DNA from: Patescibacteria group bacterium
GTDB taxonomy: Bacteria > Patescibacteriota > Minisyncoccia > UBA6257 > UBA9933
Assembly (NCBI GenBank): GCA_038078555.1
Contig: JBBTYQ010000001.1
Span: 156,158-220,157, forward strand
Direction: 5' to 3'
DNA length: 64,000 bases
This document shows positions 53,424 through 61,923 of the stretch, piece after piece (the first letter of the stretch is position 1; each line of letters opens with the position of its first letter). A program made the translations under genes and the position numbers. The notes under the pieces are model-generated. The model worked only from the letters and a program-made list of their open reading frames with translations, ran no database searches and was not told the DNA's origin.

Positions 53424-55070
53424 ATGAAACTAATGATTAAATCAATAATTGAAAATTATCTTAAAAAAATTATTAAAGAGCCGGTAGCAATAGAAGTTTT
53501 TGCGCCAGAACAGGAACAATTCGGACACTATTCAACCAGCGTTGCTTTAAAGTTAGCAAAAGAAAAAAAGCAAAGCCCGATGGAAATCGCAAATAAAATA
53601 GTGTCAGGTGTTAAAGGTCAGCCTCGACGTCAAAGAGTCGGGGCTCCGACCGAAACATCGGAGATGTCAGATATCGTGAGTAAGATTGAAGTTGTTCCGC
53701 CCGGCTTTATAAATTTTTGGATTTCTCCAGAAGCTTTGCAGGATGAGCTTAAAGAAATTTTGAAGAAAAAAGAAAAATATGGCAGGTTGAATGTCAAAGG
53801 TAAAATCTCAAAGGTTCAACTAGAATATGTCTCCGCCAATCCAACAGGACCTTTGACTTTAGCTAACGGCCGAGGCGGATTTTTTGGCGATGTTTTAAGC
53901 AATATTTTGGAATTTTCCGGCTGTAAAATTGAGCGGGAATATTATGTTAATGATACCGGCAATCAGATATTCACTTTAGGCCGGTCGATTTTGGCTCTAA
54001 GGGGATTAATTGACTCTGAAGAAAAATTTTATAAAGGGCAATATTTGAAAAAATGGGCGGAGGGAAAATCTGCTTTAATAAAAAGATTTGCCAATAATCC
54101 CTTGAAGTTAGGCCAATTAGCAGCCAAAGATTTTCTGGCGGAAATAAAAAAAGTTTTAAACAAAGGCGCTGATATATGTTTTGACAGGTGGACTTCGGAA
54201 GATAAGCATATTCATAAAAAAAGTTTTATCACAAAAACAATGGAAGTTTTTAATCGTACCGGTTTAGTTTATGAAAAAGAAGGAGCGGTTTGGCTAAAAA
54301 CTTCAAAATACGGCGATGATAAAGATAGAGTATTAATTACCAGCGATGGTTTGCCTACTTATTTTTTAGCAGATGCCGGCCATTTTTTGGAAACCAAGTC
54401 CCGCGGTTTTAATTCGAAAATAATGATTTTAGGCCCCGATCACTATGGCTATGTCAAAAGAATTCAAGCAGCCGCTAAAATCATTGGCCTGGAAAAATTA
54501 GAAATTATTATTACTCAAGCCGTTAGGTTAATCAAAGATAATCAGGAAGTTAAAATGTCCAAGCGGAAAGGCGAATTTGTTGCTTTTGAAGAATTATTGA
54601 AAGAAGTAGGAAAAGACATCGCTAGATTTTTCTTTTTAATGCATTCTCCGGACAGCCATATGGATTTTGACCTTTCATTAGCCAAAGAGCAATCGATGAA
54701 AAATCCGGTTTATTATTTGCAATATGCGGCAGTAAGGGCGCAAAGTATTTTAAATAAATCAAATGTCAAAAATAAGATGTCAAATGCCAATTTAAACCTA
54801 TTAAATACTCCTGAAGATATAAATTTAATGCGTTTGCTTGCGCGGTTTCCCGAAAGCGTTGAAGAATCAAGAAATAAATACAGTCCGCAAATTTTAGCGC
54901 GTTATTCTCTGGATTTAGCGAGAGAGTTTCATAATTTTTATGAGCGGGAGCGCATTATTGGGGAGGCGCCAGAACTTGCGGTAGCGAGGCTTCAATTAAT
55001 TAAAGCAGTCAGAATAGTTTTTGGAAATTTGTTTAATTTATTGGATGTCAGCTATCCAAAAAAAATGTGA
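53424..55070 (+). CDS. argS: arginine--tRNA ligase
   Basis: PPGFINFW, SANPTGPLTLANGRGG (HIGH-region equivalent), GPDHYGYV and MSKRKGEFV (KMSKS-like). The start may be the second ATG at 53433. Confidence 0.95.
   Translation: MKLMIKSIIENYLKKIIKEPVAIEVFAPEQEQFGHYSTSVALKLAKEKKQSPMEIANKIVSGVKGQPRRQRVGAPTETSEMSDIVSKIEVVPPGFINFWISPEALQDELKEILKKKEKYGRLNVKGKISKVQLEYVSANPTGPLTLANGRGGFFGDVLSNILEFSGCKIEREYYVNDTGNQIFTLGRSILALRGLIDSEEKFYKGQYLKKWAEGKSALIKRFANNPLKLGQLAAKDFLAEIKKVLNKGADICFDRWTSEDKHIHKKSFITKTMEVFNRTGLVYEKEGAVWLKTSKYGDDKDRVLITSDGLPTYFLADAGHFLETKSRGFNSKIMILGPDHYGYVKRIQAAAKIIGLEKLEIIITQAVRLIKDNQEVKMSKRKGEFVAFEELLKEVGKDIARFFFLMHSPDSHMDFDLSLAKEQSMKNPVYYLQYAAVRAQSILNKSNVKNKMSNANLNLLNTPEDINLMRLLARFPESVEESRNKYSPQILARYSLDLAREFHNFYERERIIGEAPELAVARLQLIKAVRIVFGNLFNLLDVSYPKKM
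53621..53663 (+). repeat. GC-rich twin-hairpin element in frame inside argS
   Basis: GCCTCGAC-gtcaaaga-GTCGGGGC directly followed by TCCGAC-cgaaaca-TCGGAG. It encodes part of the extra ...GQPRRQRVGAPTETSEM... segment. Confidence 0.7.
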
Positions 55071-55209
55071 AAACGGCTCAAAAATAATTCAATTGACCGA
55101 TGAGCCGTTTTCCAGCTATATTTTATGATGGTTTTTAAAGAATCGCCTGCCTGCCTGCAGGCAGGGTCCATGTCGTTTTTAGCGATTTTTAATATTTTAG
55201 AAAAAATTT

Positions 55210-55614
55210 ATGGCAAAACTGGAAAAACTCGCGCTTATTCTTATCGGCCTTATCGCCGGAATTGTTTTGATTTTTTTGGGCAAGCCGCAAGTCGGCGATA
55301 ATGCCTCAAAAATTACTTTAATTATTGAAGGCAAGGAATATGCATTGCTTAAAGCCGAGACTTCTCTTGAAAAAATGCGCGGCCTTTCCGGAATTACCGA
55401 ACTTAAAAACGCCGATGGCATGATTTTTTATTTTAAGCCGGCGCAAAAAGTTTCTTTTTGGAACAAAAATACTCATTTTGATTTGGAACTTATCTGGATG
55501 AAAGATAGTAGGGTTGTCGGCCGTGATTTTCTGCCGTCGGAAGAAAGGACTGGATTAGTTATAAAAAATTCTCCGGTTGAAGTTGATTGGGTTGTGGAAT
55601 TAATAAAATCTTGA
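55210..55614 (+). CDS. DUF192-family protein with N-terminal TM/signal
   Basis: EKMRGLSG...ADGMIFYF...SFWNKNTHFDLELIWM matches the pattern typical of DUF192. Confidence 0.7.
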   Translation: MAKLEKLALILIGLIAGIVLIFLGKPQVGDNASKITLIIEGKEYALLKAETSLEKMRGLSGITELKNADGMIFYFKPAQKVSFWNKNTHFDLELIWMKDSRVVGRDFLPSEERTGLVIKNSPVEVDWVVELIKS

Positions 55615-55717
55615 CTTTTATTGACTAAAACGATAATAGCTATTATTCTAAGTTTAGATTTTTAAAATATAGCAAGATATATTTAAAGCCATACACAAAG
55701 AAAAGGGAGGTGGGGCT

Positions 55718-56065
55718 ATGAAAAAAGCAATAAGAAAAATATTAGCTTTTTTATTATGCTGGATTTTATGGATTATGCCGGCAATCAAAGATTTAAAAGA
55801 GTCGGGATTTGAGTATGGCGGAATAACCTGTCTTTTTCTTTCCCTTGCAACAAATGCGTTAATTCTTCCTTTTATATTCTCAGGGATTCATCTTTTGGTT
55901 GTTACAGAAATAAATCCAAATATTCCGCTTGTCATATTTGATTTTCTTCCTTTTACTTTTCCAGTAGGGTTGTCAATTTATCTGATAGCAGGAATCATTT
56001 ATCACCTTACTGTAAAAGAATACGGTGGTGCTTCGTGGTACGTAATTTATAAGAATATATCCTAG
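55718..56065 (+). CDS. hypothetical membrane protein (4 TM)
   Basis: AAAGGGAGGTGGGGCTATG SD. Hydrophobic segments. A terminator lies at about 56078-56115. Confidence 0.55.
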   Translation: MKKAIRKILAFLLCWILWIMPAIKDLKESGFEYGGITCLFLSLATNALILPFIFSGIHLLVVTEINPNIPLVIFDFLPFTFPVGLSIYLIAGIIYHLTVKEYGGASWYVIYKNIS

Positions 56066-56152
56066 ATTTTTGTTTAATTACGGGCTTGGTTTATTTAAAA
56101 TCAAGCCCTTTTTTATTAAAAATTTTGTGATAAAATTAATTATATTTATATT

Positions 56153-59100
56153 ATGCTTAAAAATCTTAAACACTTAACGCCTGCGGAAACCGAAGAAGAA
56201 GTATTAAAATTTTGGCAAAAAGACAAAACTTTTGAAAAATCCCTTCAGCAAGCTCAGGGCAAGTCTTTAGATAAAAAAACGTCCAAGGGCGATTTTGTTT
56301 TCTATGACGGTCCGCCTTTTGCCACTGGCTTGCCGCATTACGGCCATATTTTAACCAGTATTTTGAAAGATGTTATTCCTCGATATCAAACAATGAAAGG
56401 CAAAATTGTGCCGCGCCGTTGGGGCTGGGATTGCCATGGTTTGCCCATTGAAAACGAAATTGAGAAAAAACTTGGCTTAAAAACCAAAAAAGACATTGAA
56501 AATATCGGAATAGGAGTATTTAACGAATCAGCTCGAGATAATGTTTTGCAATATGCCGACGAATGGAAAAAAATCATTCCCAGAGTAGGCCGCTGGGTTG
56601 ATATGGAGCGGGATTATAAAACAATGGATTCGAATTATACAGAATCGGTCTGGTGGGTTTTTAAATCGCTTTTTGATAAGGGCTTGGTATACGAAGGCAA
56701 TAAATCAATGCATGTTTGTCCGAGGTGCGAAACTCCTTTGGCAAATTTTGAGCTTAATCAGCCCGGCGCGTATCGTGATATTACCGATATTTCAATCACT
56801 GTAAAATTTGAACTTCTGGAAGAAAAAAATACTTATATTTTAGCTTGGACCACTACGCCTTGGACTTTACCGGGCAATGTGGCGCTCGCAATTAATCCAA
56901 AAATAGATTATGTAAAAGTTTCTAAAGGCAGTGAAAATTTAATTTTAGCAAAAAGCCGGTTGGCTATAATTGAAGGTGAATATAAAATTTTAGAAACTTT
57001 TAAAGGTAAAAATTTAATCGGAAAAAAATATCAGCCGGTTTTTGATTATTATTCTTCTGCCGGCGGACAATTAAAAAACAGGGAAAACGGCTGGAAAATT
57101 TATCCTGCTGATTTCGTTTCAATCGAAGAAGGCACCGGCATTGTCCATATTGCTCCGGCTTTTGGCGAAGATGATATGAAGTTGGGCAATAAATTTAATC
57201 TGCCTTTTGTCCAGCATGTTTCAACAAGCGGAAAATTTAAGCCCGAAGTAAAAGATTTTGCCGGCATGGATGTTAAGCCGAAAGAAAATCACCAAATAAC
57301 CGACATTGAAATTATTAAATGGCTTGCCAAAGAAAATAAGCTTTTCAGCAAACAAAAAATTGTTCATTCTTATCCTCATTGTTGGCGTTGTGATACTCCG
57401 CTTCTAAACTATGCCAGCACTTCGTGGTTTGTTAAGGCGACGGATATCAAGAAAAAACTCATTGAGAATAATAAAAAAATAAACTGGATTCCAGGCCATA
57501 TTAAAGAAGGCCGCTTTGGCAAATGGTTGGAAGAAGTTCGCGATTGGGCGATTTCCCGCACTCGCTTTTGGGGCGCGCCGCTTCCGGTTTGGCAATGCAA
57601 CAAATGCGATAAAAGAGAAATTATCGGTTCATTGGAAGAACTTAAAAATAAAATTGAGAAATCAGGCAATAAATATTTTGTTATGCGCCATGGCGAAGCT
57701 CAAAGTAATGTTAAAAATATTGCCAGCTGCAATGTAAAAAATAGCCATCATCTTACGGAAAAAGGGAAAAAGCAGGCGATTGCCGCGGGCAGTAAATTAA
57801 AAAAAGAGAAAATAGATTTGATATTTGCTTCCGATTATTTGCGCACTAAAGAAACTGCCGAAATTGTTGCCGATAAACTGGAAATTTCAAAAAAAGATTT
57901 AATTTTTGACCAAAGGTTGCGCGAAATTAATGTTGGCATATTTGACGGCCAATCAGCCGGAGAATATCACAAATATTTTTCTTCGCTTGAAGAAAAATTT
58001 TACAAAAATCCGCCAAAAGGAGAAAATTTAACAGAGTTGAAAAATAGGGTTTCAGAATTTTTATACGAAATAGATAAAAAATATTCTTGTAAGAATATTT
58101 TAATTGTTTCTCATGAATATTCTATCTGGCAGATGTTTGCCGGAGCTCTTGGCGCCAATCCCAAAAAAGCGGTTGAAATAAAGTATAAGGATGATTTCAT
58201 AAAAACCGCTGAAATTAAAAAACTTGATTTTATCCCCATTCCTCATAATAAAAATTATGAGCTTGATTTTCATCGGCCTTATATTGATGAGATGGTTTTC
58301 CCTTGTTCCAATTCAGCAGGTTCAGGGAAAGCTTGTGGCGGAGAAATGACGCGCATTAAAGATGTTTTTGATTGCTGGTTTGAGTCAGGCTCAATGCCTT
58401 ATAGCCAAATTCATTATCCGTTTGAGAATAAAAAATGGTTTGAGGATAATTTTCCGGCGGAATTTATCGCTGAAGGCATCGATCAGACTCGCGGTTGGTT
58501 TTACACGCTTTTGGTTTTATCCACTGCTTTGTTTAATAAGCCGGCTTATAAAAATGTGATTGTAAGCGGCATTGTTTTAGCCCAAGACGGCCAAAAAATG
58601 AGCAAGCGCTTAAAAAATTATCCTGACCCGATGGAAATTGTAAATAAATACGGCGCGGATGCTCTAAGGCTTTATTTGCTTTCTTCGCCATTGGTGCGCG
58701 GTGAAAATCTGAATTTTTCCGGCCATGGCGTTGACGAAGTTTATAAGAAAGTCATTTTGCGTTTCTGGAATACTTATAAATTTTATGAGCTATATAACAA
58801 TCAAATTTCTAGTTCTAAAAACAAAATTCCAAATCCAAATAATGTTTTGGACAAATGGATTATTGCGCGCCTTAAGGAGTTAGTAAGCGAAACTTCAAAA
58901 TTTTTGGATAGCTATGAATTAGACCGCGCCAGCCGGCCGATATTTGATTTTGTCGACGATCTTTCCACCTGGTATATCAGAAGATCGCGTGAAAGGTTTA
59001 AGGGGGACAGCAAAGATAAAAAATCTGTCGCAACTGTCACTAGTTTTGTGCTTATTGAATTTAGTAAGGTCACTGCGCCTTTTATGCCTTTTATTAGCGA

Positions 59101-59692
59101 AGGTATTTATAAGTCATTGACTAGCGGAAGAAGCGTTCATTTGGAAAATTGGCCTAAAGCCGCTAAATTAACTCCTCAAGACAATAAGATAATTGAAAAT
59201 ATGAAAAGCGCGCGGCAAGTCGCTTCTTCGGCGCTTCAGGCCCGGGCTAAAAACGGCATTAAAGTCAGACAGCCGCTGGCCAGCTTAAAAATAAAAAATG
59301 AAAAATTAGAAATTCGAGATCAGAGCGATTTTTTGAATTTAATTAAAGACGAGATTAATGTTAAAGAAATTATTTTTGATAAAGATATTAAAGAAGAAAT
59401 CGAGCTTGATTTAAAAATCACCGCCGAGCTAAGGCAGGAGGGAATAGTAAGAGATATAAGCAGAATGGTTCAGGAATTAAGGCAGGATGCGGGGTGTAAG
59501 CCTCAACATAAAATCGATTTGCATATTGAAGTGCCCGAGGAAATTAAAAACGCGCTCTTGAATTACATCAATGAATTAAAAGAAAAAGTAGGCGCAAAAA
59601 ATATAGAATTTCGCCGTAATGATAAATTTGACGCGGAAATTGAAACAAAAATCGATGATTCCAAAATTTGGATAGGAATAAAGAAATTATAA
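56153..59692 (+). CDS. ileS: isoleucine--tRNA ligase (type 2) with nested histidine-phosphatase domain
   Basis: PPFATGLPHYGHIL (HIGH), the CP1 editing region (TTTPWTLPGN), KMSKRLKNYPDP (KMSKS), and Cys pairs CWRC, CNKC and C..C.GEM. Residues of about 507-702 are RHG-type histidine phosphatase (FVMRHGEAQSN...ASDYLRTKETA...LIVSHE). Confidence 0.9.
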   Translation: MLKNLKHLTPAETEEEVLKFWQKDKTFEKSLQQAQGKSLDKKTSKGDFVFYDGPPFATGLPHYGHILTSILKDVIPRYQTMKGKIVPRRWGWDCHGLPIENEIEKKLGLKTKKDIENIGIGVFNESARDNVLQYADEWKKIIPRVGRWVDMERDYKTMDSNYTESVWWVFKSLFDKGLVYEGNKSMHVCPRCETPLANFELNQPGAYRDITDISITVKFELLEEKNTYILAWTTTPWTLPGNVALAINPKIDYVKVSKGSENLILAKSRLAIIEGEYKILETFKGKNLIGKKYQPVFDYYSSAGGQLKNRENGWKIYPADFVSIEEGTGIVHIAPAFGEDDMKLGNKFNLPFVQHVSTSGKFKPEVKDFAGMDVKPKENHQITDIEIIKWLAKENKLFSKQKIVHSYPHCWRCDTPLLNYASTSWFVKATDIKKKLIENNKKINWIPGHIKEGRFGKWLEEVRDWAISRTRFWGAPLPVWQCNKCDKREIIGSLEELKNKIEKSGNKYFVMRHGEAQSNVKNIASCNVKNSHHLTEKGKKQAIAAGSKLKKEKIDLIFASDYLRTKETAEIVADKLEISKKDLIFDQRLREINVGIFDGQSAGEYHKYFSSLEEKFYKNPPKGENLTELKNRVSEFLYEIDKKYSCKNILIVSHEYSIWQMFAGALGANPKKAVEIKYKDDFIKTAEIKKLDFIPIPHNKNYELDFHRPYIDEMVFPCSNSAGSGKACGGEMTRIKDVFDCWFESGSMPYSQIHYPFENKKWFEDNFPAEFIAEGIDQTRGWFYTLLVLSTALFNKPAYKNVIVSGIVLAQDGQKMSKRLKNYPDPMEIVNKYGADALRLYLLSSPLVRGENLNFSGHGVDEVYKKVILRFWNTYKFYELYNNQISSSKNKIPNPNNVLDKWIIARLKELVSETSKFLDSYELDRASRPIFDFVDDLSTWYIRRSRERFKGDSKDKKSVATVTSFVLIEFSKVTAPFMPFISEGIYKSLTSGRSVHLENWPKAAKLTPQDNKIIENMKSARQVASSALQARAKNGIKVRQPLASLKIKNEKLEIRDQSDFLNLIKDEINVKEIIFDKDIKEEIELDLKITAELRQEGIVRDISRMVQELRQDAGCKPQHKIDLHIEVPEEIKNALLNYINELKEKVGAKNIEFRRNDKFDAEIETKIDDSKIWIGIKKL

Positions 59693-59695
59693 AAA

Positions 59696-60028
59696 ATGGC
59701 AACAATAGAAGATTTTCAAAAACTTGATATTAGAGTTGGGAAAATAATAAGCGTGGAAGATTTTCCGGAAGCGAAAAAGCCGATGTATAAGTTAAAAATT
59801 GATTTTGGCGCGGAAATTGGCGTTAAACAATCTTGCGCGCAATTAACGCAGAATTATACAAAAGAACAGCTTATAGGAAAGCAAATTTTAGGGGTGGTTA
59901 ATTTTCCGCCGCGCAAAATTGGCCCGGAAATATCAGAGGTTTTAACGCTTGGCGTTGCCGATGAAAACGGCAATTGTGTTTTAGCGGTGCCGGATAAAGA
60001 TGTTCGGGCAGGAGCAAGATTATATTAA
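59696..60028 (+). CDS. stand-alone tRNA-binding domain protein (CsaA/Trbp111-like)
   Basis: FQKLDIRVGKIISVEDFPEAKKPMYKLKIDFG...LIGKQILGVVNFPPRKIG. Confidence 0.85.
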   Translation: MATIEDFQKLDIRVGKIISVEDFPEAKKPMYKLKIDFGAEIGVKQSCAQLTQNYTKEQLIGKQILGVVNFPPRKIGPEISEVLTLGVADENGNCVLAVPDKDVRAGARLY

Positions 60029-60057
60029 GATTTGAAAACGGAAAAAGTTTTAAATTT

Positions 60058-60651
60058 TTGAAAAATTTTAATTTTGGTAATTTAAAAGTTGGCGTTGGCG
60101 ATGTTGGGTTGGGGATTTTTTCAGCAATTTTTATAAGTTCAATTTTGAAAATCGAACTTAATTTTTGGGTATTTTTTATTTCAGTTATTTTTACTTTATT
60201 ACCAGATATTGATTTTTTATTTCACTTGATAAGAAATAAGCCGAGTCAGGAAGATTATCGGCATCGTGATATTTCGCATTATCCTCTTATTTATATACCA
60301 ATAGGAATGTTAGTTTTACTATTTATTGGCAAAGAATGGAGTTTTTTATTTTGGATAACGTCTTTTTTGCATTTTATTCACGATAGTATTGGTATTGGTC
60401 GTGGCGTAAAATGGTTATTCCCATTCTCAAAAAACTCATTCGCTTTCTTCTATTTATACTCAAGAGTTGTTAAAATTGGGCTTTGGCAATGGGTATTTAT
60501 TTTTAATGACAAAAATTTAGATAAATGGGACAATGAACATGGTGATGAAAATTGGATAAAAAATATCTACGATAAATGGCATCCAATTTTCGTTATTGAA
60601 TTTTTAATTTTTATCATTTCAATAATTTCACTAATTATTTATGTCAGATAA
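60058..60651 (+). CDS. membrane-bound metal-dependent hydrolase-like protein (YdjM/DUF457-like)
   Basis: Multi-TM with RHRDISHYP and HFIHDSIG His motifs. The track start is TTG, so the true start is uncertain. Confidence 0.5.
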   Translation: MKNFNFGNLKVGVGDVGLGIFSAIFISSILKIELNFWVFFISVIFTLLPDIDFLFHLIRNKPSQEDYRHRDISHYPLIYIPIGMLVLLFIGKEWSFLFWITSFLHFIHDSIGIGRGVKWLFPFSKNSFAFFYLYSRVVKIGLWQWVFIFNDKNLDKWDNEHGDENWIKNIYDKWHPIFVIEFLIFIISIISLIIYVR

Positions 60652-61918
60652 AATTCAATTTCCAAAAGGATTTTATTGGGGGGCGGCGACCTCGGCACAT
60701 CAAGTTGAAGGGAATAATCATAATGATTGGAGCGAGTGGGAAAAAGAAAATGCCGAGCGATTAGCAAGGGAAGCAAAGAATAAATGGCAAAAATGGCAGC
60801 AAGAGAAATTTCCAGAGATGTTTGAACCAGAGAATTATATTTCCGACCGCGCTTGCGATCATTACAACCGCTATGAGGAAGATTTTGATATTGCCAAATC
60901 TTTGGGTCATAACGCGCACCGCTTTTCTATTGAATGGAGCCGGATTGAGCCGGAGGAAGGAAAATTTAACGAGGACGAAATTGAGCATTATCGAAAAGTT
61001 ATAAAAGCTTTAAGAGAGCGTGGCATTGAACCGTTCGTTACGTTGTGGCATTGGACGATTCCGTTGTGGGTAAGGGATAAAGGCGGGGTAGCAAATAAAT
61101 ATTTCTCGGAATATTTTTCGAGGTATGCCGAGCGAATGGCTCAAAAATTGGCGGATATAAAATTTTGGATAACTTTAAATGAGCCAACAGCGGTAATCGC
61201 AATGGCATATACAAAAGGAGATTGGCCGCCGCAAAAACGAAATCCTATTACGGCGCTGAAAGTCTATAAAACGCTTGCGCAGGCGCATAATGAGGCATAT
61301 AAAAAAATTCACGCCGTCTCTCCGGAAGCGAGAGTTGGGTTTGTAAATATATTATCGTATATTGAGCCGCATAATAAAAATTCGCTGTTTGATAAACTTA
61401 CGGCGCGCATCGCGAAATATTTTTCAAATGAGAAATTTCTTAATTTAACAAATAACAACAATGATTTTTTAGCAATAGATTATTATTTTCATAATCGCTT
61501 AAAATTTCCCGGAAAATTAAAAAATGAAAAAAAAGAAGTTTCAGATATGGGATGGGAATTATATCCAGAAGGCATATTTCATGTTTTAAGCGATTTGAAA
61601 AAATATAAAAAACCGATATATATTACAGAAAATGGACTTGCGGATGCGGAAGACGCTCGTCGTGAATGGTTCATCAAGGAGTCACTAAGGAATGTATTTA
61701 GGGCAATTTCCGAAGGCGTAGACGTGCGTGGATATTTGTATTGGTCGCTTTTAGATAATTTTGAATGGGACAAAGGCTTTTGGCCTCGGTTTGGCTTGGT
61801 GGAAATAGATTATTCCGCCAAAGGCGAATCCGCCTCAGGCGGAAAAATGATGGAACGCAAAATCAGACCCAGCGCTTATGAATATGCTAAAATATGTAAA
61901 AATAACGGGCTAGATTAA
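60641..61918 (+). CDS. glycoside hydrolase family 1 (beta-glucosidase-like)
   Basis: FPKGFYWGAATSAHQVEG, the acid/base TLNEP, and the nucleophile YITENG. Confidence 0.9.
   Translation: MSDKIQFPKGFYWGAATSAHQVEGNNHNDWSEWEKENAERLAREAKNKWQKWQQEKFPEMFEPENYISDRACDHYNRYEEDFDIAKSLGHNAHRFSIEWSRIEPEEGKFNEDEIEHYRKVIKALRERGIEPFVTLWHWTIPLWVRDKGGVANKYFSEYFSRYAERMAQKLADIKFWITLNEPTAVIAMAYTKGDWPPQKRNPITALKVYKTLAQAHNEAYKKIHAVSPEARVGFVNILSYIEPHNKNSLFDKLTARIAKYFSNEKFLNLTNNNNDFLAIDYYFHNRLKFPGKLKNEKKEVSDMGWELYPEGIFHVLSDLKKYKKPIYITENGLADAEDARREWFIKESLRNVFRAISEGVDVRGYLYWSLLDNFEWDKGFWPRFGLVEIDYSAKGESASGGKMMERKIRPSAYEYAKICKNNGLD
61813..61843 (+). repeat. tandem 15-nt GC-rich hairpin units in frame inside the GH1 gene
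   Basis: TCCGCCAAAGGCGAA followed by TCCGCCTCAGGCGGA. Each is self-complementary, and together they encode SAKGE-SASGG. Confidence 0.65.
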
Positions 61919-61923
61919 TATCT

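Noticed and set aside
55150-55165. Perfect 16-bp GC palindrome CCTGCCTGCAGGCAGG downstream of argS.
   Set aside because: It is most simply a second terminator-type hairpin, with a T-run 9 nt later. It may belong to the GC-rich hairpin population, but as a single copy without the twin architecture it was not scored separately.
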